A stretch of 32,000 bases of DNA, from contig NZ_CM001976.1 in assembly GCF_000406145.1 (NCBI RefSeq), positions 43,186-75,185 of the forward strand, read 5' to 3'. The number at the start of each line of letters is the position of its first letter. Position 1 is the stretch's first letter. Below are positions 9,165 to 17,575 of the stretch, in pieces. Source of the stretch: Dickeya dadantii NCPPB 898. GTDB taxonomy: Bacteria; Pseudomonadota; Gammaproteobacteria; Enterobacterales; Enterobacteriaceae. A program made the position numbers and the translations under genes. Below the pieces are notes generated by a model that ran no database searches, was not told the DNA's origin, and saw nothing but the letters and a program-made list of their open reading frames with translations.

Positions 9165-10445
9165 TTACAGCGAGTAGCGCACCGGCAGCAGCGCGGTGCG
9201 GTCTACCGCGCCGTTGAGGTGCTTCATCACCGCATCGTATGGGCACAGGGTGCCGACATCGGTTTTCTGGCAGCCGTTCATCGAGAACTCGCTGCGCAGC
9301 GGCGGATGGTCGTTATCCAGCGCGGTCAGCCCGCGAATCTGGTCCAGCGACTGCGCCTGGAAGTAGATGCGCACGAAGCGTTGACCGGACTGCGCGTTGC
9401 GCCAGCGTTCGAAAATCAGGCTGCCCGCGGGCGGGATATTACCGCGCGGGTAGTCGCCCATCTGCCAGGTGAAACCCAGCATGGCGCGCAATTTGGCGAT
9501 GTTGGTATCGTGCGCCACGTACAGCAGCCATTTGGCGTCGGGCGGGGCGTCCGCCTGATGTTCCGGGTTAAGCGCCAGGGCTATCTGATTCATCAGTACC
9601 GAACCGCCGCGCCGCGCCACGTAGGGCAGGTCGTTGGTGAAATCGTAGTTGGCGGTCAGCAACGACATTAGCGAACCCACCGCGGCGGCCGTTCTGGCGT
9701 TGCCGAACGCCACCTGACCGAGCGGGTTGTTGTTGCTGTAGGCCAGCCGGATGGTTTCCGCCATGTTGGCCAGCGCCTCCGGGCCGTGCAGCGAGGTATT
9801 CCCTTTTTTGCTCTCTTTCAATTCCCATTTGGCGCTGAACGCCGGGCAGGGTTTATCCGGCAGGCAGACCGCCTGTTTCAGGCGATCGATCGCCGGTTGC
9901 CACTCCGCCTGAATCTGTTCGGCGCTTTTGCCCTGCATCGCTTTTTGCAGGTCGACCTTCACCTGTTCCTGATCCACCAGCACGCCGGCGGTTTCGGCAT
10001 GGAACAGCGGGTCGTTGTCTTCACTCTCCGGGCCGCGAATCACGACGCCGCAGCCAGGAAATACGCCATCCATCAACGCCATGGCGGTTTCCTGCGTGCG
10101 TTGCAGCGGGCTGGCCCAGACAAATACGTCGTCGGGCGCCGGGCAATTGCGGGTCAGCAGTCCGTGCTGGCGCAGGTACTGCCCTTCGTATTGCCCTTTT
10201 AGTACCGCCGCCGCATAACCGTGACCGGTCAGCTCGCCGTAATGGGTCAGCCAGGTCGGCCAGTCGCGCCCGGTGCCTTCCTGAATGGTTTTGACGTTGC
10301 CCTCGGTCGGCGGGCGTACGCCGTGGCGGCTTATTTCCACCACTTTTTCCAGTGCCCAGCCTGACGGAGCGGTTTCCGCCTGCGCGCCCAGCCAGGGCAA
10401 CGCCGACAACAACAGCCCGGCGACGGTATTGCGTGTGAATAACAT
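9165..10445 (-). CDS. appA: Periplasmic histidine acid phosphatase, AppA-type phytase / acid phosphatase
   Basis: Signal peptide (LLLSALPWLGAQA). RHGVRPP catalytic motif. HDTN motif (VAHDTNI). The C-terminal region is colinear with E. coli AppA (GSLIFERWR...CSL-type end). GAGGA RBS. Confidence 0.85.
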   Translation of the reverse strand: MLFTRNTVAGLLLSALPWLGAQAETAPSGWALEKVVEISRHGVRPPTEGNVKTIQEGTGRDWPTWLTHYGELTGHGYAAAVLKGQYEGQYLRQHGLLTRNCPAPDDVFVWASPLQRTQETAMALMDGVFPGCGVVIRGPESEDNDPLFHAETAGVLVDQEQVKVDLQKAMQGKSAEQIQAEWQPAIDRLKQAVCLPDKPCPAFSAKWELKESKKGNTSLHGPEALANMAETIRLAYSNNNPLGQVAFGNARTAAAVGSLMSLLTANYDFTNDLPYVARRGGSVLMNQIALALNPEHQADAPPDAKWLLYVAHDTNIAKLRAMLGFTWQMGDYPRGNIPPAGSLIFERWRNAQSGQRFVRIYFQAQSLDQIRGLTALDNDHPPLRSEFSMNGCQKTDVGTLCPYDAVMKHLNGAVDRTALLPVRYSL

Positions 10446-10598
10446 AGTTGATCCTCGGGTACATGCCTTTTGGCTACCGCAAGGCTAAGCGATGGCGGTA
10501 GCAGGAAGAATGTTTTTTCTATGTAAGAATCGTGGGATTTTTTTCAGCCTGTAAATAAGTTTGTTGAAGAGAAAATATCTTTTTGAGCCGTGTAATGA

Positions 10599-10614
10599 TG
10601 TGAACCGTATCACT
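10599..10614. promoter_or_regulatory. CRP-like site TGTGA-N6-TCACT
   Basis: TGTGAACCGTATCACT in the AT-rich divergent intergenic region between appA (start 10445) and the ABC operon (start 10745). 9 of 10 core positions match the consensus. Confidence 0.35.
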
Positions 10615-10744
10615 TCTACTCTGAACGCCGAGAGATCAAAAAAGAAAAGTTTGAATCATAAAACTGTCTTTTTTTTGCCGGTCTGTTGTCACAGAGCGAT
10701 TTTAGGCTTTGCGGATTAACCGGGGTGTGATTTACGGAGACGTC

Positions 10745-11653
10745 ATGAAGGCCAATAAAATACCGACGCTATTTAACCGTGGTGGGTTTGGTGGCTCAGG
10801 ATTTATTGGCTTCGGGTTTATTGCCCCGTTGCTGATCCCGTTATTGCTATTTTGGGTGATTCCTTTTTTTTGCAGCCTCTATATCAGTCTCACCGACTGG
10901 GATTATATTTCGCCGGATTATCATCTCGTCGGTGTGGATAATTATCGAGATTTGTTACTGAGCGACGATTTTACCGGCGCGCTGGTTAACACGCTGACGT
11001 TCGCCATCGCGGTGGTGATGCCGGTGGTGGCGCTGGGGCTGGGATTTGCGCTGCTGCTGCACCGCCAGTGTCGCGGGCAGCGCTGTTATCAGGCGATGAT
11101 CTTTTCTCCGTGGATTACCCCGACGGTAGCGGTTTCCGTGGTGTGGTCATGGGTGTTCGATTCCCGCGCCGGGCTGGCGAACCAACTGCTTGGGCTGTTC
11201 GGCGTAGCGGGCGTACCCTGGCTGGAGCGGCCGGGCAGCGCCATGCTGGCGGTAGTGATTGTCACGGTATGGCAAGGCATCGGCTGGACGATGATGTTCT
11301 TCATCAGCGCGCTCAACCGCATTCCCGCCGAGCTATACGAAGCCGCACGGCTGGACGGCGGCAGCCGCGCCAGGCGCTTGTTAACCATCACCTTACCGCT
11401 GATTTCTCCCACCACCTTCTTCCTGTTGATCGTCAATCTGGTGAATGCCGTTCAGGCGTTCGATCAATTTCAAATGCTGACGCAGGGTGGCCCCGGCAAT
11501 AGCACCCGCACGCTGATGTATCTGTTTTATCAACAGGCGTTTCAGCAGTTCAGCATGGGGCCGGCGGCGGCCACCGCGGTGATGATCCTGCTGCTGGCGG
11601 GTTCGCTATCGCTGGTCAACACGCTGATTGCCCGTCGTTGGGTCTATTTTTAA
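10745..11653 (+). CDS. CUT1-family ABC transporter permease (UgpA/MalF-like)
   Basis: Start at MKANKIPTL with a GGAG RBS. EAA-loop region (EAARLDGGSRARRLLTITLPLISP). Six TM segments. Confidence 0.85.
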   Translation: MKANKIPTLFNRGGFGGSGFIGFGFIAPLLIPLLLFWVIPFFCSLYISLTDWDYISPDYHLVGVDNYRDLLLSDDFTGALVNTLTFAIAVVMPVVALGLGFALLLHRQCRGQRCYQAMIFSPWITPTVAVSVVWSWVFDSRAGLANQLLGLFGVAGVPWLERPGSAMLAVVIVTVWQGIGWTMMFFISALNRIPAELYEAARLDGGSRARRLLTITLPLISPTTFFLLIVNLVNAVQAFDQFQMLTQGGPGNSTRTLMYLFYQQAFQQFSMGPAAATAVMILLLAGSLSLVNTLIARRWVYF

Positions 11654-11658
11654 GGAGC

Positions 11659-12570
11659 ATGGGGATGGTGTCGTCACCGATAACGCTTGCCGAACCGGTT
11701 GTTTCCGCTGCCGCCCGTCGCCCGGCCTTTCGCGGACGGGGGATGCTGAAACATTTACTGTTACTAAAACATCCGCTGTTGATGATGGCCGGTCTGCTGA
11801 TGGTATTCCCGTTTGTGTGGATGCTGTCCGGCGCGCTGAAAACCAATGACGAAATTTTCCGCCATCCGCTGCAACTGTTGCCGTCGCATCCCGATTTTTC
11901 CTCGTTCGCCGCGGTATGGCGCGAGACGCATTTCGGGTTATTCATGTACAACAGCCTGACGGTGGCGCTGCTGACGTCGCTGTTGGTGGTGGTCAACAGC
12001 GTGCTGTTTGCCTACGCCATCGTGCAGTGGCGCGGTAAAGCCAGCCGTTTGCTGTATGGCGTAGTCATGGCCTGTTATATGTTGCCCGGCGCGGTGACCT
12101 ATATTCCCTGTTACATCATTCTGGCTAAATTGCATTTGCTGGATACCCATATCGGCCTGATTTTTTCCAACGCGGTAAGTGCGATGGGGGTGTTTTATTT
12201 GCATCAGGCGCTGAAAAAAATTCATCCGTCATTACTGGAAGCGGCGCGCATTGACGGCGCCGGAGAATGGGCTTTGCTGCGAACCATTGTGCTGCCGCAA
12301 ATAAAGCCGGTGCTGGCTACGCTGTTTCTGCTTATTTTCATCACCAATTACAACAGCTACATGTGGCCCAGTCTGGTGATTACCTCGCCGTCGCTGAATT
12401 TAATTTCCATTGGCATCCGGCAGTATTTTATTTCCGGCGGAGACTATGGCTTTAACTGGTCGAATATCATGGCGGCCAGCGCCATTGTGGTGATGCCGAT
12501 GCTGTTTTTATTCCTGTTGTGCCAACGAATCATCCTGTCCGGCTTTTCCGATAATGGAGTGAAAGAATAA
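11659..12570 (+). CDS. CUT1-family ABC transporter permease (UgpE/MalG-like)
   Basis: EAA loop (EAARIDGAGEWALLRTIVLPQIKP). AGGAG at 11653..11657, so the start may be ATG 11659 or 11665. The exact start is uncertain. Confidence 0.8.
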   Translation: MGMVSSPITLAEPVVSAAARRPAFRGRGMLKHLLLLKHPLLMMAGLLMVFPFVWMLSGALKTNDEIFRHPLQLLPSHPDFSSFAAVWRETHFGLFMYNSLTVALLTSLLVVVNSVLFAYAIVQWRGKASRLLYGVVMACYMLPGAVTYIPCYIILAKLHLLDTHIGLIFSNAVSAMGVFYLHQALKKIHPSLLEAARIDGAGEWALLRTIVLPQIKPVLATLFLLIFITNYNSYMWPSLVITSPSLNLISIGIRQYFISGGDYGFNWSNIMAASAIVVMPMLFLFLLCQRIILSGFSDNGVKE

Positions 12571-13850
12571 TGATGACCGTATGCAAAGGGTTGCGATTTG
12601 TGGGCGGCGCGCTGTGCGCGCTGCTGCTGATCGCGCAGGCGCAGGCCGCCACCGAGGTGAACTTCTGGTATTCCGGCGGCACCAAGCCGCAAAAGATGAT
12701 GCTGACGCTGATCGACGAATTTAACCGTAGTCAGGATCAATACGTGGTGAAAGGCGCGTTGCAGGGGAATTACGATGAAACCTGGCAAAAAATGCAGGCC
12801 GGAATGGCGGCGCAAAACGCCCCGGCGTTCGCGCTGCTGACCGCTTCGCAGGGAACGGCGCTGGCGGAGCGCAAATTGCTGCGCGATCTGCGGCCGTACA
12901 TGGATGATAGCTTCCACTTCACCGATTTTATCGGCGCGTTCCGCCGTCAGGTCACCCGGCCGGACGGCAGCGTTTACGGTCTGCCCGCCTACGGCACCAC
13001 CCAGGTGCTGTACTACAACAAGGCGGTGCTGGCGCAGCACGGCTTTACGCCGGACGACCTGAAAACCTGGCAGGGGCTGGCGAAAGTGGCGACGGCGGTC
13101 ACCCAAAAAGACGCCGGCGGCGACACCCGCTATTACGGTTGGGAGCCGATGTGGGGGCCGGGCAATCTGATTGACGCGGCGCTGTCCAACGGCGGGCGCA
13201 TTCTCAGCGAAGACGGTAAAAAAGTGCTGATCGATTCGCCGGCGTGGGTCGAGGTTTGGGACAGCTTCCGCCGCTGGATTCATGACGAGCGCATCATGCG
13301 TATCTACCACGGCGGTCAGGGCTGGGAATACTGGTATAAAACCATTGATGACGTGATGAAAGACCGGGCGCTGGGGTATACCGGTTCGTCCGGCGATCAG
13401 GGCGATCTCGACTTCCAGCGGCTGGCGGCGTTGCCTCAGCCGGGCTGGGGCAACCATCCGGCGGCGCCGCAGGCGGGCGCGCTGATTTTCGTGATGCCCA
13501 CCGGCACGCCGGACGCGGCGGCGAAGGGCGCCTTTGCCTTTATGCGTTTCTACACCAGTGCGGCCAATACCGCCCGCTGGTCGATGTTCACAGGCTATAT
13601 TCCGGTGCGTGAAAGCGTGTTGCAGGACGCGGACTATCAGAAATACGTCGCCGCCAACCCGCAGGCTGCCGTGCCGGTGCAGCAGGCGAAATCCGCCAGC
13701 ATGGATTTCATCGACCCGACCAAAGGCAAAATTCTGGATGCGCTGACCGTTGCCGCCGATCAGGTGGAAATCGAAAACAAACCGGCGCAGCAGGCATTAA
13801 CCGAGGCGGCCCGCAAAGCGCAGAAAGCGCTGGACCGCATTAATGAATAA
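12570..13850 (+). CDS. ABC transporter periplasmic substrate-binding protein (family 1)
   Basis: Signal peptide (ALCALLLIAQAQA). SBP-1-like sequence. TAATG start/stop overlap with the upstream permease. Confidence 0.85.
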   Translation: MMTVCKGLRFVGGALCALLLIAQAQAATEVNFWYSGGTKPQKMMLTLIDEFNRSQDQYVVKGALQGNYDETWQKMQAGMAAQNAPAFALLTASQGTALAERKLLRDLRPYMDDSFHFTDFIGAFRRQVTRPDGSVYGLPAYGTTQVLYYNKAVLAQHGFTPDDLKTWQGLAKVATAVTQKDAGGDTRYYGWEPMWGPGNLIDAALSNGGRILSEDGKKVLIDSPAWVEVWDSFRRWIHDERIMRIYHGGQGWEYWYKTIDDVMKDRALGYTGSSGDQGDLDFQRLAALPQPGWGNHPAAPQAGALIFVMPTGTPDAAAKGAFAFMRFYTSAANTARWSMFTGYIPVRESVLQDADYQKYVAANPQAAVPVQQAKSASMDFIDPTKGKILDALTVAADQVEIENKPAQQALTEAARKAQKALDRINE

Positions 13851-15273
13851 GCCGGAGCTGACCCTTGCCGGTTGCCTGACGACGGGGCGCGGGCAGGTAG
13901 CGTTTACCGTGCCGGAAGGGATCGACTGCCTGACCCTGACTGCGCACAACCGCAACAAAAGCTACCTGTACGCGTTTGTCTACGACGCCCGCCAGCAACT
14001 GCGCGCCAACCTGCTGATTGAACCGGCCGCCAAGTCGGTAACCATCGCCGCACGGCGGGCGCTGCCGTTGGGCGGCATACCGGGGCCGTTGCCGCCGGGG
14101 GAGTGGCGGCTGGCGCTGTGCAGCATTCCGGCGCAGGCCAGTCATCCGACGCAGGCGGATTACCAGATTACGGTGGCGTTCGACCCGCCGTTGCCGCCGC
14201 CGGATGAAATGCTGCTGACGGTGGCGCTGCGCGGCGACCATCAGGTGTGTTTCGACTATTCCGCCTGCCTTGAACCGGCTTCCCGCTGGTATCGCGGCGA
14301 CCTGCACGCTCACACCCGGCTGTCGGACGGGCACAACAGCCTGACGGCGGCGGTGGCGCTGGCGCAAGCGCAGCAGCTTGATTTTCTGTTCCTGACCGAA
14401 CATAACCTGTGTCACCCGGCGCTGCCGACCGGAGGCCGTACCCTGTTCCTGCCCGCGCTGGAGGTGACCACCGATATCGGCCACTTCAATGTGCACGGCC
14501 CGCGCCGGGTGCTGACGCTGGAAGACGGGGACATGGCGCCGGAAACGCTGATCCGTCAGGGTTTGTCGCTGAACGTGACGGGCGACGGCAACATCAGCAT
14601 CAACCATCCGATGATGCCGCCGTGGCACTGGCAGTATGCGGCGATGCCGCTGGCGCGCATCAACACGCTGGAAGTGTGCTGCGACCCGAGCTGGCCGACG
14701 TCGGCCGCCGCCACCGAGCGGGCGTTGCAACTGCTGAGCACGTTGTGGAACGGCGGCTGGCGTATCGCCGCCGTCGGCGGCAGCGATTGCCATCTGCGAC
14801 CGGACGAGCGCTATGACGGCACCACCCAACCTTCGGTGTACGGCGACCCGACGACGCTGGTGTTTGCCCACGGCCTGAGCGGTGACGCCATTCTGCATGG
14901 CTTGCGGCAAGGCCGGGTGTATATCGACCGGCAGTGCGGCCTGCGTTTCCGGTTCGACGACGGCGAGGTGCTGCCGGGGCAGAATGTCGGCGCACGCACG
15001 GTGCAGGCGACCCTCGCCATCGAAGACGATCGGCCGGGTTACATCGCGGAGTGCGTGGCGGGCGGAACGGTGATTTCTCGCCATGCGCTGGGGCGCGACG
15101 AGGTGAGCGTTGCGCTGCCGCTGACGAGCTGGCCGTGGTGCCGCATTGATATCTGTGGCCCGGATGGCGGCTTTGCCGGGCTGATCAACCCGCTGTATAA
15201 CGGCACTCACCCGATATTCTCCTGCCAGACCTTCACCACCTGGGGTGAAGCGGTGGCGCGCCTGCCGAAATAA
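13843..15273 (+). CDS. PHP-domain (CehA/McbA-like) metal-dependent phosphoesterase/hydrolase, cytoplasmic
   Basis: PHP signature GDLHAHTRLSDGHNS and FLFLTEHN, later GGSDCH. An N-terminal extra domain of about 150 aa. No signal peptide. 8-nt overlap with the SBP gene. Confidence 0.75.
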   Translation: MNKPELTLAGCLTTGRGQVAFTVPEGIDCLTLTAHNRNKSYLYAFVYDARQQLRANLLIEPAAKSVTIAARRALPLGGIPGPLPPGEWRLALCSIPAQASHPTQADYQITVAFDPPLPPPDEMLLTVALRGDHQVCFDYSACLEPASRWYRGDLHAHTRLSDGHNSLTAAVALAQAQQLDFLFLTEHNLCHPALPTGGRTLFLPALEVTTDIGHFNVHGPRRVLTLEDGDMAPETLIRQGLSLNVTGDGNISINHPMMPPWHWQYAAMPLARINTLEVCCDPSWPTSAAATERALQLLSTLWNGGWRIAAVGGSDCHLRPDERYDGTTQPSVYGDPTTLVFAHGLSGDAILHGLRQGRVYIDRQCGLRFRFDDGEVLPGQNVGARTVQATLAIEDDRPGYIAECVAGGTVISRHALGRDEVSVALPLTSWPWCRIDICGPDGGFAGLINPLYNGTHPIFSCQTFTTWGEAVARLPK

Positions 15274-15419
15274 CGCAGGAAGACGCGCTGTCGGCGTCGC
15301 CGCGTCGGGCCATCGCCGGGTAATGACGCGGGCGAACGATGGGCGGCGGGTGGTGCCTCGCCGTGATTAATGGCATAGTCAGCGCCACCTGTCGGACGAA
15401 AGACATCAACGACGCCCTG

Positions 15420-16433
15420 ATGCCAACCTCATTATTATCACGTTGGAGCGGCTGGCTGGAACGCCGCCAAACCGTCATTTATCTGCTGACCCTGCTGGTC
15501 GCCGCCGTGCTGGCGTGGCGCTGGCCGCCATCGGATGCGGACGCGCTGGCGTCGGCGATTAACCCCGCGCTGGCGCTGATGCTGTTCGTTACCTTTCTGC
15601 AATTGCCGCTGTCCCGCCTGCTGGCGGCGCTGACCCACCTGCGTTTTATGCTGGCGCTGGTGGCGACGAATTTTGTGGCGATACCGCTGCTGGTGGCGGT
15701 GCTGCTGCGTCTGTGGCCGCTGGAACCGCTGGTGGCGGTGGGCGTCGCCATAGTACTGCTGTGCCCCTGCGTCGATTATGTGGTGACCTTTTCGCATCAG
15801 GGCGGCGCGGATTCCCGCTTACTGCTGGCGGCGACGCCGGTATTGCTGGTGTTGCAAATGTTGCTGCTGCCGTTGTGGTTGCCGCTGCTGTTGCCGCAGG
15901 CCACGGCGGTCGACATCGGGATGGCGCCGTTTCTGCACGCGTTCATCGTCCTGATGGCGTTGCCGCTGTTGCTGGCCGCTGTCGTTCAGCGCTGGGCGGC
16001 GCGATATGCTGCCGGCGCGGCGGTAACCAACTGGCTCGGGCTGTTGCCGGTGCCGGCTACCGCGCTGGTGCTGGCGCTGATCATCGCGTTTGTGGTGCCG
16101 CAACTGGGGCTGGCGACCGGCGCGGTGCGGCAGGCGTTGCCTGTTTATCTGCTGTTTGCCATGCTGGCGCCGGCGCTGAGCTGGCTGATGGCGAGACTAT
16201 GGTCGCTGCCCGCGCCGTCGGGGCGGGCGCTGGTGTTCAGCGGCGCCACCCGCAACGCGCTGGTGATTTTACCGCTGGCATTGGCGATACCCGATGCGTT
16301 GCCGGTGATACCGGCGGTGGTGGTGACGCAAACGCTGGTGGAGCTGTTGGCGGAACTGGTCTATATACGCTGGGTACCGCGCCTGCGTTTTGCCGGCGGA
16401 CAGCCGCACTCCAGCGCGCCATCCGGAAAATAA
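15420..16433 (+). CDS. ACR3/BASS-superfamily permease (arsenical-resistance-3-like)
   Basis: 337 aa from MPTSLL. About 10 hydrophobic helices rich in Leu/Ala/Pro. The start is uncertain because there is no clear RBS. Confidence 0.6.
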   Translation: MPTSLLSRWSGWLERRQTVIYLLTLLVAAVLAWRWPPSDADALASAINPALALMLFVTFLQLPLSRLLAALTHLRFMLALVATNFVAIPLLVAVLLRLWPLEPLVAVGVAIVLLCPCVDYVVTFSHQGGADSRLLLAATPVLLVLQMLLLPLWLPLLLPQATAVDIGMAPFLHAFIVLMALPLLLAAVVQRWAARYAAGAAVTNWLGLLPVPATALVLALIIAFVVPQLGLATGAVRQALPVYLLFAMLAPALSWLMARLWSLPAPSGRALVFSGATRNALVILPLALAIPDALPVIPAVVVTQTLVELLAELVYIRWVPRLRFAGGQPHSSAPSGK

Positions 16434-16445
16434 CAAGAAGGAACC

Positions 16446-17501
16446 ATGAAAGCATTCAAACCATTACGCGGGCCGGAACGGCTGATTCGGATGGGACAGT
16501 GGGCCGTCGCGCTGCTGTTCGCCTATTTTCTGGTGATGATCAGCGCCGCGGTGCTGGAAGACCTGCCGTCGCTGACCCGTGAGCCGGATCGCGGCAGTTT
16601 TATCGACCAGACGGCGGTGGACGCCCAGAAAGCGCGCATGGCGCCGATTCAGGCCGCGCAGGAAGCGCTGGATAACGCGCTGGCGGACAAGCGCGAGGCG
16701 CGCGAGATGGCGACTAACGATTACGCCAAAGCCAAAGCCAGTTTCGACAACTGGCGCGCCACCCGCAGCAGTACCGAGCTGTCCGACCAGAATCCGGAGG
16801 TGATTAAGCGTAACCATGAGCTGGATCGTCTGCTGGCGCTCCAGCAGCGGCTCGACGGACAACTCGCCGATCTGCAAAAACAGCGCGCACAGTTGCAGCT
16901 TCAACTGGCGCCGATAACGCTGGCGGTCAGCCGGTTATACGGTGATGCGGACGCGCGCTATGGCGAGGCGCTGCGTAAGGCGGAGTTGCAGGCGTTCTTC
17001 ATTCGGCTGGCGTTTGTCGGCCCGCTGCTGCTGGCGGCGTTATGGCTGTTTCGTCGTTACCGCAAGGGCAACCAATGGCCGTTCGTGTGGGGGTTCATTT
17101 TGTTTGCCCTGTTCGGCTTCTTTGTCGAGCTGGTGCCGTATCTGCCGAGTTTCGGCGGCTACATCCGTTACGGCGTCGGGGTGGTGCTGACCTATTTCGG
17201 CGGGCGGGCGCTGCTGCGCTGGTTGCAGGCGTACCTGGAGCGCAAGAAACAGGAGCAGGCGGCGTCGCAGGAAGAGCGCAAAGAGTCGATTCATTACGAA
17301 GCGGCGTTGACGTCGCTGGCGCGCAACCAGTGCCCCAGCTGCGATCGCCCGCTGATCCTGCAAAACGGCGCTACCCCGGCGTTTTGTATGCATTGCGGTT
17401 TACAGCTGCTGTCGCCGTGCCCGTCCTGCGGGTTGCGTAAAAACGCTTTCTACCACTACTGCCCGGACTGCGGCGAACCGGCAGAAACGTCGAAAAGCTG
17501 A
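16446..17501 (+). CDS. Membrane protein with a long coiled-coil segment and a C-terminal double zinc ribbon
   Basis: AAGGAA RBS. One N-terminal TM, about 120 aa of heptad-like sequence, three further TMs, then CPSCD...CMHCG...CPSCG...CPDCG. Confidence 0.7.
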   Translation: MKAFKPLRGPERLIRMGQWAVALLFAYFLVMISAAVLEDLPSLTREPDRGSFIDQTAVDAQKARMAPIQAAQEALDNALADKREAREMATNDYAKAKASFDNWRATRSSTELSDQNPEVIKRNHELDRLLALQQRLDGQLADLQKQRAQLQLQLAPITLAVSRLYGDADARYGEALRKAELQAFFIRLAFVGPLLLAALWLFRRYRKGNQWPFVWGFILFALFGFFVELVPYLPSFGGYIRYGVGVVLTYFGGRALLRWLQAYLERKKQEQAASQEERKESIHYEAALTSLARNQCPSCDRPLILQNGATPAFCMHCGLQLLSPCPSCGLRKNAFYHYCPDCGEPAETSKS

Positions 17502-17517
17502 GGCATTACCGCGTCAG

Positions 17518-17575
17518 GCGCATGACGGTATCAAGCGCATGACGTTATCAAGCGCATGACGTTATCAAGCGCATC
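17518..17575. repeat. Tandem 17-bp repeat GCGCATGACG(G/T)TATCAA, 3 full copies plus a partial fourth
   Basis: Copies at 17518..17534, 17535..17551 and 17552..17568, with a partial copy from 17569. Read directly from the sequence. Confidence 0.9.

Noticed and set aside
10663-10692. Pho box upstream of the ABC operon
   Set aside because: CTGTCTTTTTTTTGCCGGTCTGTTGTCACA contains CTGTC-like half sites, but their spacing and sequence do not fit the 7-4-7 PhoB consensus well enough to call.
17518-17575. Possible CRISPR array
   Set aside because: The units are directly tandem 17-mers with no spacers, there are only about 3.3 copies, and no cas genes are present.
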